A DNA stretch of 63,882 nucleotides, filler included, from Acidimicrobiia bacterium (GTDB taxonomy: Bacteria > Actinomycetota > Acidimicrobiia > Spongiisociales > JAENVV01), in NCBI GenBank assembly GCA_041577335.1. It is 3 parts of 3 records of this genome, joined end to end, with 100 filler letters (N's around TTAATTAATTAA, not from the genome) between each part and the next. Parts side by side here need not be neighbours in the genome. Positions count along the whole stretch, not along the records: positions 22,221 to 43,548 come from JBFGJH010000058.1; positions 43,649 to 63,882 come from JBFGJH010000064.1; 1 more part is not named here. One strand, given 5' to 3'. The position numbers and the translations under genes were made by a program. Under the pieces are notes generated by a model. It ran no database searches. It was not told where the DNA came from and saw nothing but the letters and a program-made list of their open reading frames with translations. Below, in pieces: positions 38,504 through 49,291 of the stretch. The first letter of the stretch is position 1. Every line of letters starts with the position of its first letter.

Positions 38504-39835
38504 ATGCGAAGAAAGCTCGGCCTGGTCATGGCCGCTGCATTGGCCCTTTCAGTCCTGGGTGGCGCTGCCGCCGCCCACGATCAGCAGGAGGATTCGTCGC
38601 AAGTAGCGGCGTTCGAAGCGATTGCGGCGAACGCCGCTCAGAACAGCAACGCGCCACGAACCCACCAGCCCTGCGTTCGCGGTTACGCCGGTGAGTTCCC
38701 GTGCAGCAACATCGACATGCTGAGCTTTGTGCCCTCTGCCGACCTGGGCGCCTCGTTTGTCAACGACATATGGGGATGGACTGATCCCGAAACCGGCATC
38801 GACTACGCATTGGTCGGAGCTTCGGAAGGGACCATCTTCGTGGACATCTCCGACCCGAAGCGCCCCTGGGTCGTTGGTCTGCTTCCCACCGCGTCAACCG
38901 AAGGCGGCGAGTTCTGGCGGGACATCAAGGTCTACGCGGATCACGCGTTCGTGGTGGCGGAATTCGACAACCATCCCATGCAGGTGTTCGACTTGACCGA
39001 GTTGCGGGGCGTCTCCGCGTACACGGTGTTCTCCGACACGGCGCAGTACTTTGGCCCGGAAGGCTTGGAGATCGAGCACGCGCACAACCTCAACATCAAC
39101 ACGGCCATTGGTCACGCCTACATCGTGGGTACCGACACCTTTGACGGTGGATTGCATATCGTCGATATCACCGACCCGGCCAACCCGACGTTTGCGGGCG
39201 GATTCGCCGATCACGGGTACAGCCACGACACACAGTGCGTCCAGTATCGCGGTCCAGACGCCGACTATTCCGGGCGGAGCCTGTGCTTCAGCTCCAACGC
39301 CACGTTCGACGACACGCCGTTTTTCAACACCCTGTCGATTGTCGACGTCACCGATCCGGCCAACCCGGTCGGTATCTCCAACACGGACTACCCCAACGAC
39401 GGCTACAGCCACCAGGGATGGCTGACGCCTGACCAGAGGTACTTCCTCCACAACGACGAGTTGGATGAGCTGTTCTTCGGCATCAACACGACCACCCGTA
39501 TCTTCGACGTCAGCGACCTGGACAACCCGACTCTGGTGGCGACGGTGGCACACAACACGGCCGCTATTGGACACAATGCCTACACGGAGGGTCGTTACTT
39601 GCTGGCGTCGAACTACACGGCCGGCTTGCGGATATTCCGCACCGACCAAGTCGCCAATGGGGCGTTGCCCGAGGTGGCGTATTTCGACGTGTATCCCGAA
39701 AACGACAACCCCTCGTTCGAAGGCGGCACGTGGAGTAACTACCCCTACTTCGGCCAGAAAGGCATCGTTGCTGTGTCGAGCATGGACCGTGGGCTGTTCA
39801 TACTCCAGCCAAGACTGAGGAGAAGCGGCAGGTAG
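38504..39835 (+). CDS. Secreted choice-of-anchor B (LVIVD-repeat) protein
   Basis: Signal peptide, FPCSNIDML, NDIWGWTDP, WRDIK, YSHDTQC, YSHQGWLT, GTWSNYPYF. Confidence 0.88.
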   Translation: MRRKLGLVMAAALALSVLGGAAAAHDQQEDSSQVAAFEAIAANAAQNSNAPRTHQPCVRGYAGEFPCSNIDMLSFVPSADLGASFVNDIWGWTDPETGIDYALVGASEGTIFVDISDPKRPWVVGLLPTASTEGGEFWRDIKVYADHAFVVAEFDNHPMQVFDLTELRGVSAYTVFSDTAQYFGPEGLEIEHAHNLNINTAIGHAYIVGTDTFDGGLHIVDITDPANPTFAGGFADHGYSHDTQCVQYRGPDADYSGRSLCFSSNATFDDTPFFNTLSIVDVTDPANPVGISNTDYPNDGYSHQGWLTPDQRYFLHNDELDELFFGINTTTRIFDVSDLDNPTLVATVAHNTAAIGHNAYTEGRYLLASNYTAGLRIFRTDQVANGALPEVAYFDVYPENDNPSFEGGTWSNYPYFGQKGIVAVSSMDRGLFILQPRLRRSGR

Positions 39836-39994
39836 ACACATTTGGATTGTCGCTGGCGGGCCCGAACCGTGGCCCGTCAGCGCACTGTCCAAGATTGCGG
39901 CGCCCGCGCCGCGCCCGTAATGCATGGGCGAGTCGCCCGACCCCATCAACTCACGAGAAGGAGCCGACCGCTACAGCCGCCTCAGGCCTGTGGG

Positions 39995-41041
39995 CTACAC
40001 AGCGAGCTTGGCTCGGCGTGAAACGTCGACCTTGCCGTTTGCTGTCTGCAGCACGACCCGGAATGTTGACCCGGTGCCGGGGCCCTCAGAGTGTGCGCTG
40101 ATGGCGCCATCCATGGCCTGAACCAATGACCGGCTGATAGCAAGTCCGAGGCCGCTGCTATCGCGTCGTCCCGAGCCGATCGATCCCGAGTCGAACGCGT
40201 CGAAGATCGTCTCCAGGTCTTGGGTGGGAATCCCGGCACCGCCATCGCGAACTTCGAAAGTGGTGTGGCCGTTCTCTTCGAGGGCATGAATGGTGACCGT
40301 GCCCGCGTCGGAATACTTGATCGCATTGGCGATAAGGTTGGTGAGAACCTGGCCAAGCCGAACCGGATCGGCCCAGCACGCCACGTCAGCAGTGGCCAGA
40401 GCCGATAGCTGAAGGCCCTTCTGATTTGCCAGGGGACTCATTCTGCCTACAACGTTCTGGATCGCTTCGCGGCAGGACACGCTGGTCATGTCGATGGCGA
40501 TACCACCTGTCTCCAGTTTGGCGGCGTCGAGGAGATCATTGACCATACCGAGCATTGCGGTGGCGGCGCCGTAGATCTCGGCGAGGTAACCGGTGAGCTC
40601 GGCTGGCTTCGGACCGATGTGTTCCGCCAGATCTGTGTAGCCGACAATGGCCGTTAGAGGAGAGCGAAGCTCATGGGTCACTGCGGCGTAGAAGGCTCTT
40701 CGTGCCTCGAGCGATTCGGCAAGTTCGAGGTTGGCGGCGTGGAGGTCCGCCGTCCAGCTTTCGGCGATCTTGCGGGCAACAGTCTCAGTGCGGGCTTTGG
40801 AGTCGGCGAGCCTCTTGTGGAACATGCCAATGGCGGCGCCGGCGATGGCGAGCACTGCTGGAGCGAGGTCGACGATCCACATCGTGGGATGAATCGTGCG
40901 CAGCTCGCCGAACGACAGCGCTCCCGACTCGGCGACTCCGACTCGCCATGCGACGAGCGGAAAAACCGCGCCAAAAAGTGCTCCGGCGATAGTCCATCGG
41001 GCCACGTACGGTCGGCCCTTCGTCGAAGGATGTGTGTCCAT
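39995..41041 (-). CDS. Orphan two-TM sensor histidine kinase
   Basis: THELRSPL, QVLTNLIANAIKYS, DGGAGI, GLGLAIS, GSTF. Confidence 0.92.
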   Translation of the reverse strand: MDTHPSTKGRPYVARWTIAGALFGAVFPLVAWRVGVAESGALSFGELRTIHPTMWIVDLAPAVLAIAGAAIGMFHKRLADSKARTETVARKIAESWTADLHAANLELAESLEARRAFYAAVTHELRSPLTAIVGYTDLAEHIGPKPAELTGYLAEIYGAATAMLGMVNDLLDAAKLETGGIAIDMTSVSCREAIQNVVGRMSPLANQKGLQLSALATADVACWADPVRLGQVLTNLIANAIKYSDAGTVTIHALEENGHTTFEVRDGGAGIPTQDLETIFDAFDSGSIGSGRRDSSGLGLAISRSLVQAMDGAISAHSEGPGTGSTFRVVLQTANGKVDVSRRAKLAV

Positions 41042-41152
41042 ACTTTCGTTCCATCGGCACAATCGACCGTTTTCCTGAGGAGTTCGTTGTTGGTTGAAGC
41101 AATCGGGCGAGCTGTGCGATAGCGTGTTGACTGACGGCAGACGAGGAGGGTC

Positions 41153-41833
41153 ATGTCGCCGTTCGCGATATTGGGACGCCTACTTCTGGCCGCGATATGC
41201 AGCGGGCTCATCGGCTACGAGCGGGAGACCGCCCGCAAGCCGGCAGGGCTTCGCACCCATACCTTGGTTGGCGTCGGCGCTGCCGTCTTCTCCGTTGCCT
41301 CGATCATCAGCTTTCCCGGACCGGATCAGGCGCGGATCGCCGCGCAGATCGTCACCGGAGTCGGGTTTTTGGGAGCAGGGGCGATCTTCCGCGACGGTGC
41401 CCTGGTGAGCGGGCTCACCACGGCTGCCGGACTGTGGGTCGTCGCCTCGATCGGGATGGCTGCCGGGTCGGGTACCTACTGGCTGGCCACCCTGGGCACT
41501 GCGGTGACGATTGGCACGCTGTATGGGCTGCGTGCTGTTGATGCCGCTGTGGCCCGTCGGAAAGCCAAGATTCGCAGCAGGCTGGAGGTGCAAGTCGGCC
41601 ATGTCGCCAAGCTCGACGCGCTGTTCAAGTTCATCCGGCGAATCGACCCTGAGGCCGAACAACTCGATTTCAAACGGACCGCCGACGGAGGAGGTGTGCT
41701 CGTGGTGAGCTGTCGAGAAAGCGACGTTGGGATGATGTCCGAACTGCTGTCGTCGCATCGAGCGGTGAAAAGTGTCGAGGAGCTGTCGCCGCTCTATTGG
41801 CCTCAGCAGCCAGCCAAGAAGCCTGCCTCATGA
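41153..41833 (+). CDS. MgtC/SapB family protein
   Basis: IGYERE..AGLRTH, RIAAQIVTGVGFLGAG, GLTTAA. Confidence 0.92.
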   Translation: MSPFAILGRLLLAAICSGLIGYERETARKPAGLRTHTLVGVGAAVFSVASIISFPGPDQARIAAQIVTGVGFLGAGAIFRDGALVSGLTTAAGLWVVASIGMAAGSGTYWLATLGTAVTIGTLYGLRAVDAAVARRKAKIRSRLEVQVGHVAKLDALFKFIRRIDPEAEQLDFKRTADGGGVLVVSCRESDVGMMSELLSSHRAVKSVEELSPLYWPQQPAKKPAS

Positions 41834-41864
41834 TCGGCCCGATGCTGACCCGAGGAGTAGTGCA

Positions 41865-42842
41865 ATGACTGCTGTCCTTGGGTTCGGGGGCTACGTGCCC
41901 CAACGGGTGATGACCAACGACGACTGGGCGAAGATCATCGATACCTCCGACGAGTGGATCACGACCCGGACGGGAATCAAGGAGCGCCGGTTCGCCGCCG
42001 AAGGCGAATCCACTCTCGATCTTTCGGAGCAGGCTGCGCGGCGGGCTGTTGATGACAGCGGCCTCAGAACTGCCGATCTCGATGAGATCATCGTGGCGAC
42101 CGACACCCCTGAGGTCTACACCCCGGATACCGCCTCGCTGCTTCAGGACCGTCTCGGATGCGACAACATCCCGACCTACGACCTGGGTGGGAGTGGATGC
42201 GCCGGTTGGGTTCAGGCCGTCGACGTGGCCAGGGCACGCATTGCCTTCCAACCCAAGCGGATCTTGGTCGTTGGTGTCGAGCTCATCTCTCGGCTCATGT
42301 CCTGGGAAGACCGGGCCATCTGTGTTCTCTTTGGCGATGGCGCCGGTGCTGTGGTTCTCGGTCCGGGGGAGGGGAAGGCCGAAGTGCTCGACGTGATCTC
42401 GGGAACCGACGGCAGCAAGGCTGACATCCTCACGCTGGAGAACGGCGGGACCAGATATCCGTTCAGCGCCGACTCGGCAGCGGCGGGTGATCATCAGCGT
42501 CTCGTCATGGTCGGCAGCGAGGTGTATCGGGAAGCGGTTCGGCGAATGAGCGGAGTCACGCTGGACCTTCTCGAGAGACTGGGGAAGTCGATCGACGATG
42601 TTGCTCTCCTCGTGCCACACCAGGCCAACAAGCGCATCATCGACGCAGTGGGGCGCAAGCTCGGTCTCGGCGAAGAGCGGGTCGTTGTCAATGTCGACCG
42701 CTACGGAAACACCGGGTCGGCCACCGTTCCTCTGGCACTCTGGGAAGCCCACCAGCAAGGACGGATCAAACCGGGCGACCTCGTCATGCTGACCGCGTTT
42801 GGGGCCGGTTTCCACTGGGCATCGGCGGCACTTCAGTTCTAG
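41865..42842 (+). CDS. fabH: Beta-ketoacyl-ACP synthase III
   Basis: DTSDEWITTRTGIKERR, GCAG, LFGDGAGA, PHQANKRI, YGNTGSAT, AFGAG. SD GAGGAG before ATG 41865. Confidence 0.93.
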   Translation: MTAVLGFGGYVPQRVMTNDDWAKIIDTSDEWITTRTGIKERRFAAEGESTLDLSEQAARRAVDDSGLRTADLDEIIVATDTPEVYTPDTASLLQDRLGCDNIPTYDLGGSGCAGWVQAVDVARARIAFQPKRILVVGVELISRLMSWEDRAICVLFGDGAGAVVLGPGEGKAEVLDVISGTDGSKADILTLENGGTRYPFSADSAAAGDHQRLVMVGSEVYREAVRRMSGVTLDLLERLGKSIDDVALLVPHQANKRIIDAVGRKLGLGEERVVVNVDRYGNTGSATVPLALWEAHQQGRIKPGDLVMLTAFGAGFHWASAALQF

Positions 42843-43001
42843 AACACACCTTGCGATCAATTGAAGGGCCCTTGCGTGGCCTCGCAGGTGAAGGTCACAT
42901 AGAGTGACAAGTCGGTTTCATTTCTCACGGAGGGCGGTCTAGAGTGGCGCGCACGAGACGGGCCGGGCGGGCTTGTCGCAAGCCATAGGGAGTGGGATCT
43001 C

Positions 43002-43499
43002 ATGAGTTGGCGTACGGTTTCGAAGCGAAGGGCGACGTTCCTTCTGAGCGCGGTGCTCACCATGGTGCTGGTGGCAGCACCGGTGGCCCTGGCTGATCCA
43101 CCGGGAAACAATGGCACAGTCAAGATCGATGGGCTGGCGTTCGATGATCACCCCAACAACGAGCCTCACGTCGGGTGCATCTTCCAACTCGACATGTACG
43201 GCTACGACGAGGGCGAGCTATACGCCGACGTCACGTTCGAAGCTCACCCGCCCACGGGCACGGGGGTGTTGGTGACCGACGTGGTTCCGATCGGAGAAGA
43301 CGCAGCGGGTGGAGGTACGGATCTCGATGCCTCCCGAACCTACGATCTGTCATCGGCCTTGGCATCGTACGATCCGCATCCCATACAGGGCTATCACGTA
43401 AAGCTGACGGTGAATGCCGACGGATCGATCGGCGCAGACGTCAAGCACAAGGTGTTCTGGGTCACCGACTGCGAACCGCCTTACCCCTACTACGACTGA
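43002..43499 (+). CDS. Secreted hypothetical protein
   Basis: Signal peptide ending ALA, then DPPGNNGTVKID..NEPHVGC..QGYHVKL..KHKVFWV. Confidence 0.82.
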   Translation: MSWRTVSKRRATFLLSAVLTMVLVAAPVALADPPGNNGTVKIDGLAFDDHPNNEPHVGCIFQLDMYGYDEGELYADVTFEAHPPTGTGVLVTDVVPIGEDAAGGGTDLDASRTYDLSSALASYDPHPIQGYHVKLTVNADGSIGADVKHKVFWVTDCEPPYPYYD

Positions 43500-43522
43500 C
43501 GCATACAGCATCATTCGTGAGT

Positions 43523-43548
43523 GGAGCCCGGCTCAGAGGCCGGGCTCC
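43523..43548 (+). terminator. Hairpin at the contig end
   Basis: GGAGCCCGGC-TCAGAG-GCCGGGCTCC. Confidence 0.65.
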
Positions 43549-43648
43549 NNNNNNNNNNNNNNNNNNNNNNNNNNNNNNNNNNNNNNNNNNNNTTAATTAA
43601 TTAANNNNNNNNNNNNNNNNNNNNNNNNNNNNNNNNNNNNNNNNNNNN
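43549..43648. other. Artificial contig linker
   Basis: N44-TTAATTAATTAA-N44. Confidence 0.98.
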
Positions 43649-44485
43649 GAACGGGCAGTCCCGGTGCTCAAGTCGTTCAAGTTCGTGAGCAGGGAGTTCC
43701 AAACAGACAACACCGTCATCGACGTCGGTGGCGTGAAAATCGGTGGAGGAGCGTTCACCGTCATCGCTGGTCCGTGTGCGGTAGAGAGCCGCGATCAGCT
43801 GTTTCGGACCGCCGAGGCCGTCCACTCGGCGGGAGCCCGGGTGTTGCGCGGGGATGCGTTCAAGCCGAGAACCTCACCATACGCCTTCCAGGGTCTCGGC
43901 GAAGAGGGATTGAAGTTGCTGGCTGAAGCCCGTGAGACTTTTGGGATGCCGTTTGTTGCCGAAGTGCTCGACCCCCGCGATGTCGAGCTGGTTGCCTCCT
44001 ACGCAGACATTCTTCGCGTGGGAACCCGCAACATGGCCAATTACGGCTTGTTGGCAGAAGTTGGTCGCCAGCCCCGGCCGGTCCAACTGAAGAGGGGATT
44101 CACCGCGACCATCGAAGATTGGCTGAACGCCGCCGAATACATCTACAAGGAAGGCAACCACGAGATCATCATGGTCGAGCGTGGGATCAGGACCTTCGAG
44201 ACGGCCAGCCGGAACACGTTGGACATCAGCGCCGTGCCGATTCTCAAGAGGCTCTCTCATCTCCCGGTGGTGGTCGATCCGTCGCATTCCGGTGGCCACC
44301 GCTACTTGGTTGCCCCGTTGGCTCGAACGGCCGTCGCCGTCGGTGCCGACGGGATCATGGTCGATGTGCACCCGTCACCGGAGACAGCCAAGGTCGACGG
44401 CGCTCAGGCGCTCCTACCCAGTGACTTCTCAGAACTCATGCGACAGGTGGAGAGACTGGCTGGCGCCATGGACATGTCGCTTTGA
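43649..44485 (+). CDS. aroF: DAHP synthase type I-beta, 5'-truncated by the gap
   Basis: [37 protein letters not shown]. The frame is open from the contig start. Confidence 0.93.
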   Translation, partial: ERAVPVLKSFKFVSREFQTDNTVIDVGGVKIGGGAFTVIAGPCAVESRDQLFRTAEAVHSAGARVLRGDAFKPRTSPYAFQGLGEEGLKLLAEARETFGMPFVAEVLDPRDVELVASYADILRVGTRNMANYGLLAEVGRQPRPVQLKRGFTATIEDWLNAAEYIYKEGNHEIIMVERGIRTFETASRNTLDISAVPILKRLSHLPVVVDPSHSGGHRYLVAPLARTAVAVGADGIMVDVHPSPETAKVDGAQALLPSDFSELMRQVERLAGAMDMSL

Positions 44486-45498
44486 CGAGACGCGCCGCAG
44501 TGATTGGGACCGGTTTGATCGGCGCGTCCATCGGGCTGGGATTGAGGCTGCACGCCTGGGAAGTGGTCGGCTGGGATCCCTCCGGCGACGCCCTCGCGGG
44601 AGCCGGGGCCGTCGGCGCTCTCGACCGCGAAGCCTCCTCTTCGGCTGATGCGATGATCGGTGTTGATCTCGTGGTGCTCGCCGGCCCGGCACAGGCGATC
44701 ATCGAGCAGGTGGCCTCGCTCGACACGCCTGCGCTGGTCATGGACGTGGCAGGCGTGAAGGGGCCGATCGTTGCTGCCGCGGCTGCCGGTACCCGATTCG
44801 TCGGAACCCATCCGATGGCCGGGCGAGAACATGCCGGCCCCGAGCACGCCTCCGCAGGGCTCTTCCGGGGGGCAACCTGGGTCGTGACCACCGATCACGT
44901 CCAAGAAGCCGACCTGGTGGCAGTCGAGAACATTGTCCACGACCTGGGCGGAATCCCCATCCGGATGAGCGCCAACCGGCACGACACCGCCGTCGCCACC
45001 ATCTCTCATCTCCCCCACCTGTTGGCCCTTGCTCTGGTGGAATCCGCCTCTGACGACGACGACGCCATGGCGCTGGCAGCAGGGGGCTTCCGGGACCTCA
45101 CACGCATTGCTCTGTCGGACCCCACGATGTGGGCAGATGTTCTCGTGGTCAATCGCCTGGAGGTCGCTGAGGCAGTGGCACGGATCGCAGCCCGCATGGA
45201 TGCCTGGGTCAGCCAGCTCACCGACACGGAACGCGTGCGCGATCAGATCGGATCGGCTCGCGAGGTCCGCCAGACGCTGGCGCCGCCCATCGTTGCCGTG
45301 CGGGTGATTCTCGAGGACCGGCCGGGTTCCCTCGCCGCAGTGGGCCGCGCCCTCTCCGCCAGCCGGGCTGACGTGCGAGATCTGCAACTGCGCCATGGCC
45401 GCCATGGCGGCGGCGGTGTTCTCACGTTGTCGGTGCGGCCCGGCGAGGCCGAATCGCTACGCCAAGCCCTCGTGGATGAACATTTCGAGATTGTCTAG
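44482..45498 (+). CDS. tyrA: Prephenate dehydrogenase with ACT domain
   Basis: [47 protein letters not shown]. Confidence 0.92.
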   Translation: MTRRAAVIGTGLIGASIGLGLRLHAWEVVGWDPSGDALAGAGAVGALDREASSSADAMIGVDLVVLAGPAQAIIEQVASLDTPALVMDVAGVKGPIVAAAAAGTRFVGTHPMAGREHAGPEHASAGLFRGATWVVTTDHVQEADLVAVENIVHDLGGIPIRMSANRHDTAVATISHLPHLLALALVESASDDDDAMALAAGGFRDLTRIALSDPTMWADVLVVNRLEVAEAVARIAARMDAWVSQLTDTERVRDQIGSAREVRQTLAPPIVAVRVILEDRPGSLAAVGRALSASRADVRDLQLRHGRHGGGGVLTLSVRPGEAESLRQALVDEHFEIV

Positions 45499-45527
45499 AT
45501 GCTGCCGACCGTCGGGCAGCTGTGCCG

Positions 45528-46694
45528 CTAGCTGGCTTGGCGGCCCAACTCGATGAGTGTTGCCGTGGCGACGGCGATCCCACGGCCGATGGCTCGCTCG
45601 TCGATGTCGAAGATCGCCGAATGCAGGGCAACTTCGGGCCGGTTGGGGTCGCGGGAACCCAATCGCAGCAGGGCACCCGGGACGTGGCGCAGATAGTCCG
45701 AAAAATCCTCGGCGCCCATGCTGGCAGTGGCCCCCGCCACGGCTTCGTGACCGAAGGTACCGACGACGGCTGTCCGGGCCGCTTCGATGACCCCGGGGTG
45801 ATTGATGACCGGGGGAATGCCGTCCTCATAGTTGGTGATCACCTTGGCGCCGGTGGGCTGGGCGATCTCTTTGGCGAGCCGGTCGATGAGCTCAGGCAGA
45901 GCGAGCCGTGCGCTTTCGTCCAACATCCGTACCGTCCCGGATATCGCCACTCGGGCCGGTATGACGTTGTCGGCGTCGCCCCCGTGGATCTGTCCAAAGA
46001 CGAGCGCGAGTGGTATGCGCCCGTCAATCGAGCGATGCACCAACGTCGGAAGATGCGAGAGGATGAGCCCGGCTGCGTGCAGGGTGTCGACGGTCTCGTG
46101 GGGGCGGGCGGTATGTCCGCCGGGGCCCGAGACCACGATCCGGAAACGGTCGGAGCTCGAGGTGATCGGGCCTACCCGGAGACCGACCTTTCCGACGTCG
46201 AGAGACGGGTCGACGTGGAATGCTGCGATCGCTCTCACCCCGGTCAGCACGCCCTCGGCTGCCATCTGGCGAGCGCCACCCGGAAAGGTCTCTTCGGCGG
46301 GTTGGAAGATGAACCTCACCGTCAGGTCCTTTGGAGCGAGCTCCTGGAGCGCCCGGGCAGTGCCTACCGCGATGGCTGCGTGGACGTCGTGACCGCACGC
46401 GTGCATCCATCCCGGCACCTCAGACGTGAAGGGGAGGCCGGTCATTTCCTGGATGGGGAGGCCGTCGAGGTCGGCTCGCCAGGCGATGATCGGTCCCCCC
46501 GAGCCGACGACGGCGGTTAGCCCGACTCCGTCGCTCCGCACTTGATGGGCGATCCCGGCCTGTTCCAGCTCGGCAGCCAATAGCGCTGTGGTTTCCAGCT
46601 CGGCGAACCCTCGCTCGGGGTGGCGGTGGATGGCACGTCGGATATCGACGCATCGGGGGGCGAGGTTGGCTGCAATGGTCAGGATCGACGTCAC
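45528..46694 (-). CDS. M20 amidohydrolase
   Basis: RRAIHRHPE, RADLDGLP, MHACGHD, FQPAEE, GGHTARPH, MGAEDF. Probable start is GTG 46694. Confidence 0.9.
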   Translation of the reverse strand: MTSILTIAANLAPRCVDIRRAIHRHPERGFAELETTALLAAELEQAGIAHQVRSDGVGLTAVVGSGGPIIAWRADLDGLPIQEMTGLPFTSEVPGWMHACGHDVHAAIAVGTARALQELAPKDLTVRFIFQPAEETFPGGARQMAAEGVLTGVRAIAAFHVDPSLDVGKVGLRVGPITSSSDRFRIVVSGPGGHTARPHETVDTLHAAGLILSHLPTLVHRSIDGRIPLALVFGQIHGGDADNVIPARVAISGTVRMLDESARLALPELIDRLAKEIAQPTGAKVITNYEDGIPPVINHPGVIEAARTAVVGTFGHEAVAGATASMGAEDFSDYLRHVPGALLRLGSRDPNRPEVALHSAIFDIDERAIGRGIAVATATLIELGRQAS

Positions 46695-46757
46695 GGTGGG
46701 TAATGGTAGGCCATGCACGGTGGCCGTCGCCAGAGGGTCGAGGGCTAACCTGCCTCC

Positions 46758-48416
46758 ATGGATTCGATCCGAGTGGCCGGAGCACAACTCAACGTTGTGG
46801 TCGGTGACATCGCCGGCAACGCCAAGAAGATCGCCGCAGCGATGGACTGGGCGGAAGGTGCAGGCGCTGAGGTCCTGGTGCTGTCGGAGCTGGTGCTGTG
46901 TGGGTATCCGCCGGAAGATCTGGTGCTGCGCGAAGGGTTCCTCGATGCCAATGCCGCCGCCCTGCGGGAGCTGGCTGCCCGGGCTGGTCGATGTTGCACA
47001 ATCGTTGGGTTCGTGGATCGAGCTGACGACATCGACGAGATTCCCGACGATGCTGCCCAACGGCAGGTCGCCAATGCTGCCGCCTTGCTACACGACGGCC
47101 AGATCGTCGGCATCTACCACAAGGTCCTGCTTCCCAATTACGGCGTGTTCGACGAAAGCCGCTACTTCGCGCGAGGTGGCAGGCCTGCACAGGTATGGGA
47201 GCTCGGTGGCAGGCGGCTCGGAGTGTCGGTATGTGAAGACGCCTGGGTGGCCGACGGACCGCCGAGCCAGCAGGCCGCGGCCGGAGCGCAGATCCTCCTG
47301 AATATCAACGCGTCTCCCTACAACTACGGGAAGGGACCTGCCCGCGAGGACCTCATGCGGAGCCAGGCTCGCGCCGCGGGTGTTCCGTTTGTCTACGTGA
47401 ACCAGATAGGCGGCCAAGACGAGCTGGTGTTCGATGGGCACAGCATGGTCTTCGACGGCGCCGGCACGCTGCTGTATCGCGGGCCTCAATTCACAGAAGA
47501 CCGATTCGTGGTCTCGGTGCCGTTGGGCGGTTGGGCGCCCCCGCCGGCCCCGGAGCTTCGGCCGCTGCTGTCGGTACACGAGGAGGTCTACCGAGCACTC
47601 GAACTTGCCGTAGCCGACTACGTGAAGAAGAACGGTTTCGACCACGTGGTCATCGGGTTGTCTGGTGGTATCGACTCTGCGCTGACGGCGGCGATCTGCT
47701 CAGATGCTCTCGGTCCCGAAGCCGTATGGGGAGTGACGATGCCATCGCGCTATTCATCGGAGGGATCGGTGGCTGACGCTCGCGATTTGGCGGAGCGGCT
47801 GGGCATTCGTTTCGATGTGCTGCCGATGGACGAGATCTTCGCCTCATTCCTCGACACATTGGCGGAACCGTTCCACGGCACCGAGCCCGGCGTCGCCGAG
47901 GAGAATATTCAGGCTCGGATCAGGGGCGCCCTCCTCATGGCTCTCTCCAACAAATTCGGCGGCATGGTGGTTGCCACGGGTAACAAGTCAGAGATGGCTG
48001 TTGGCTATGCGACGCTGTACGGCGACATGGCCGGCGGTTATGCCGTGCTGAAGGACGTCTTCAAGACGCTCGTCTACGACTTGGCACGCTGGCGCAACCA
48101 AACCGGCGTGGTCATCCCCCTCGCCACGATCGACAAGGCGCCCAGCGCCGAGTTGGCGCCCGATCAGCGCGACTCCGACAGCTTGCCGCCCTACGAGGTG
48201 TTGGACGCGATTCTCGAGCGCTACATCGAGGAGGACCGGTCGATTGCCTCGATCGTCGAAGAGGGGTTCGACGAGTCGACCGTGGTCCGGGTGGCCCGGA
48301 TGGTCGACCGGAATGAGTACAAGCGCCGACAGTCGGCGCCCGGCGTGAAGATCACCGCCAAGGCTTTCGGCAAGGATCGGCGCCTCCCCATCACGAACCA
48401 CCACCGCCTCGGATGA
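46758..48416 (+). CDS. nadE: Glutamine-dependent NAD+ synthetase
   Basis: Nitrilase domain (EL..GYPPEDL, K.LLPNYGVFDE, CED) plus GLSGGIDS, ENIQAR, TGNKSE, NEYKRRQ. Confidence 0.96.
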   Translation: MDSIRVAGAQLNVVVGDIAGNAKKIAAAMDWAEGAGAEVLVLSELVLCGYPPEDLVLREGFLDANAAALRELAARAGRCCTIVGFVDRADDIDEIPDDAAQRQVANAAALLHDGQIVGIYHKVLLPNYGVFDESRYFARGGRPAQVWELGGRRLGVSVCEDAWVADGPPSQQAAAGAQILLNINASPYNYGKGPAREDLMRSQARAAGVPFVYVNQIGGQDELVFDGHSMVFDGAGTLLYRGPQFTEDRFVVSVPLGGWAPPPAPELRPLLSVHEEVYRALELAVADYVKKNGFDHVVIGLSGGIDSALTAAICSDALGPEAVWGVTMPSRYSSEGSVADARDLAERLGIRFDVLPMDEIFASFLDTLAEPFHGTEPGVAEENIQARIRGALLMALSNKFGGMVVATGNKSEMAVGYATLYGDMAGGYAVLKDVFKTLVYDLARWRNQTGVVIPLATIDKAPSAELAPDQRDSDSLPPYEVLDAILERYIEEDRSIASIVEEGFDESTVVRVARMVDRNEYKRRQSAPGVKITAKAFGKDRRLPITNHHRLG

Positions 48417-49237
48417 CGGTTTGGATCGACGGCGAGCCCTCACCCACCGGCCTGTTTCCTGTTTCCGACTACACCTTTGTTCGGGGCGACGGCTGCTTCG
48501 AGGCGCTGCGGGCGTATGACGGCAAGGTGTTCGCCATCAGTGATCACGTAGAACGCTTGGAGCGGTCGGCGGAGCTTATGCAGCTGGCACTGCCGGCTGC
48601 GGCCACGCTCCGTCGATGGATCGAGGTGGCGGGGGCCAAGGACGGCGACTGCGTGGTGCGGGTGATCGTCACCCGCGGAGATCCCGTGGGCGACACACCA
48701 GGGCGCGTCGTAGTCATCACCGAGCCGTTGCCGGTTGTGCCGGCGGGATTCAGCTTTCGCACGGTGAGGGCGCCTTGGCACTCCGCCGGCCGGCCCTGGG
48801 CGCTGGCCGGGGCAAAGACCACCTCCTACGCACCCAACCTCGCCGCCAGCCGCGAGGCCAAGTCGATGGGCGCCGATGATGCGTTGCTGCTTTCTGATGA
48901 CAGAACCATCCTCGAAGGGCCTACATTCTCGATTGCCTGGGTGATATCCGGAGCCATCGAGACCCCCGACCTCGACCTGCTCATCCTGGACTCCATAACG
49001 CGCCGTCACGTATTGGAGATCGCACGCCAACTCGGCGTCACGGTCCGAACCGGCCGCTTCTTGGCGGATCGGCTTCTCGAGGCAGACGAGGTGTTTGCCA
49101 TGTCCACGATCAAAGAGGTGGCAGCGGTCGTCGACATAGATGGCTCGGTTTATGCCGCCGGTCCGGTTACTGCTCGCTTGAAGGCTGCTTACCGCGAGCG
49201 AGTTCTCCAGACGTTCGACAGGCGAGGTCGTGCCTGA
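48413..49237 (+). CDS. Class IV PLP aminotransferase (PabC/IlvE-like)
   Basis: RGDGCFEALR, HVERL, AKTTSY, LEGPTF, ILDSITR. Confidence 0.9.
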   Translation: MTVWIDGEPSPTGLFPVSDYTFVRGDGCFEALRAYDGKVFAISDHVERLERSAELMQLALPAAATLRRWIEVAGAKDGDCVVRVIVTRGDPVGDTPGRVVVITEPLPVVPAGFSFRTVRAPWHSAGRPWALAGAKTTSYAPNLAASREAKSMGADDALLLSDDRTILEGPTFSIAWVISGAIETPDLDLLILDSITRRHVLEIARQLGVTVRTGRFLADRLLEADEVFAMSTIKEVAAVVDIDGSVYAAGPVTARLKAAYRERVLQTFDRRGRA

Positions 49238-49291
49238 AGCCGACCGTCGGTGGTGGGCGTTCTGGGCGCCTTCAGAATGATGCTTCCGCCG

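Noticed and set aside
46695..47060. N-terminal extension of the amidohydrolase
   Set aside because: It overlaps nadE on the opposite strand, and family similarity starts near 46694.
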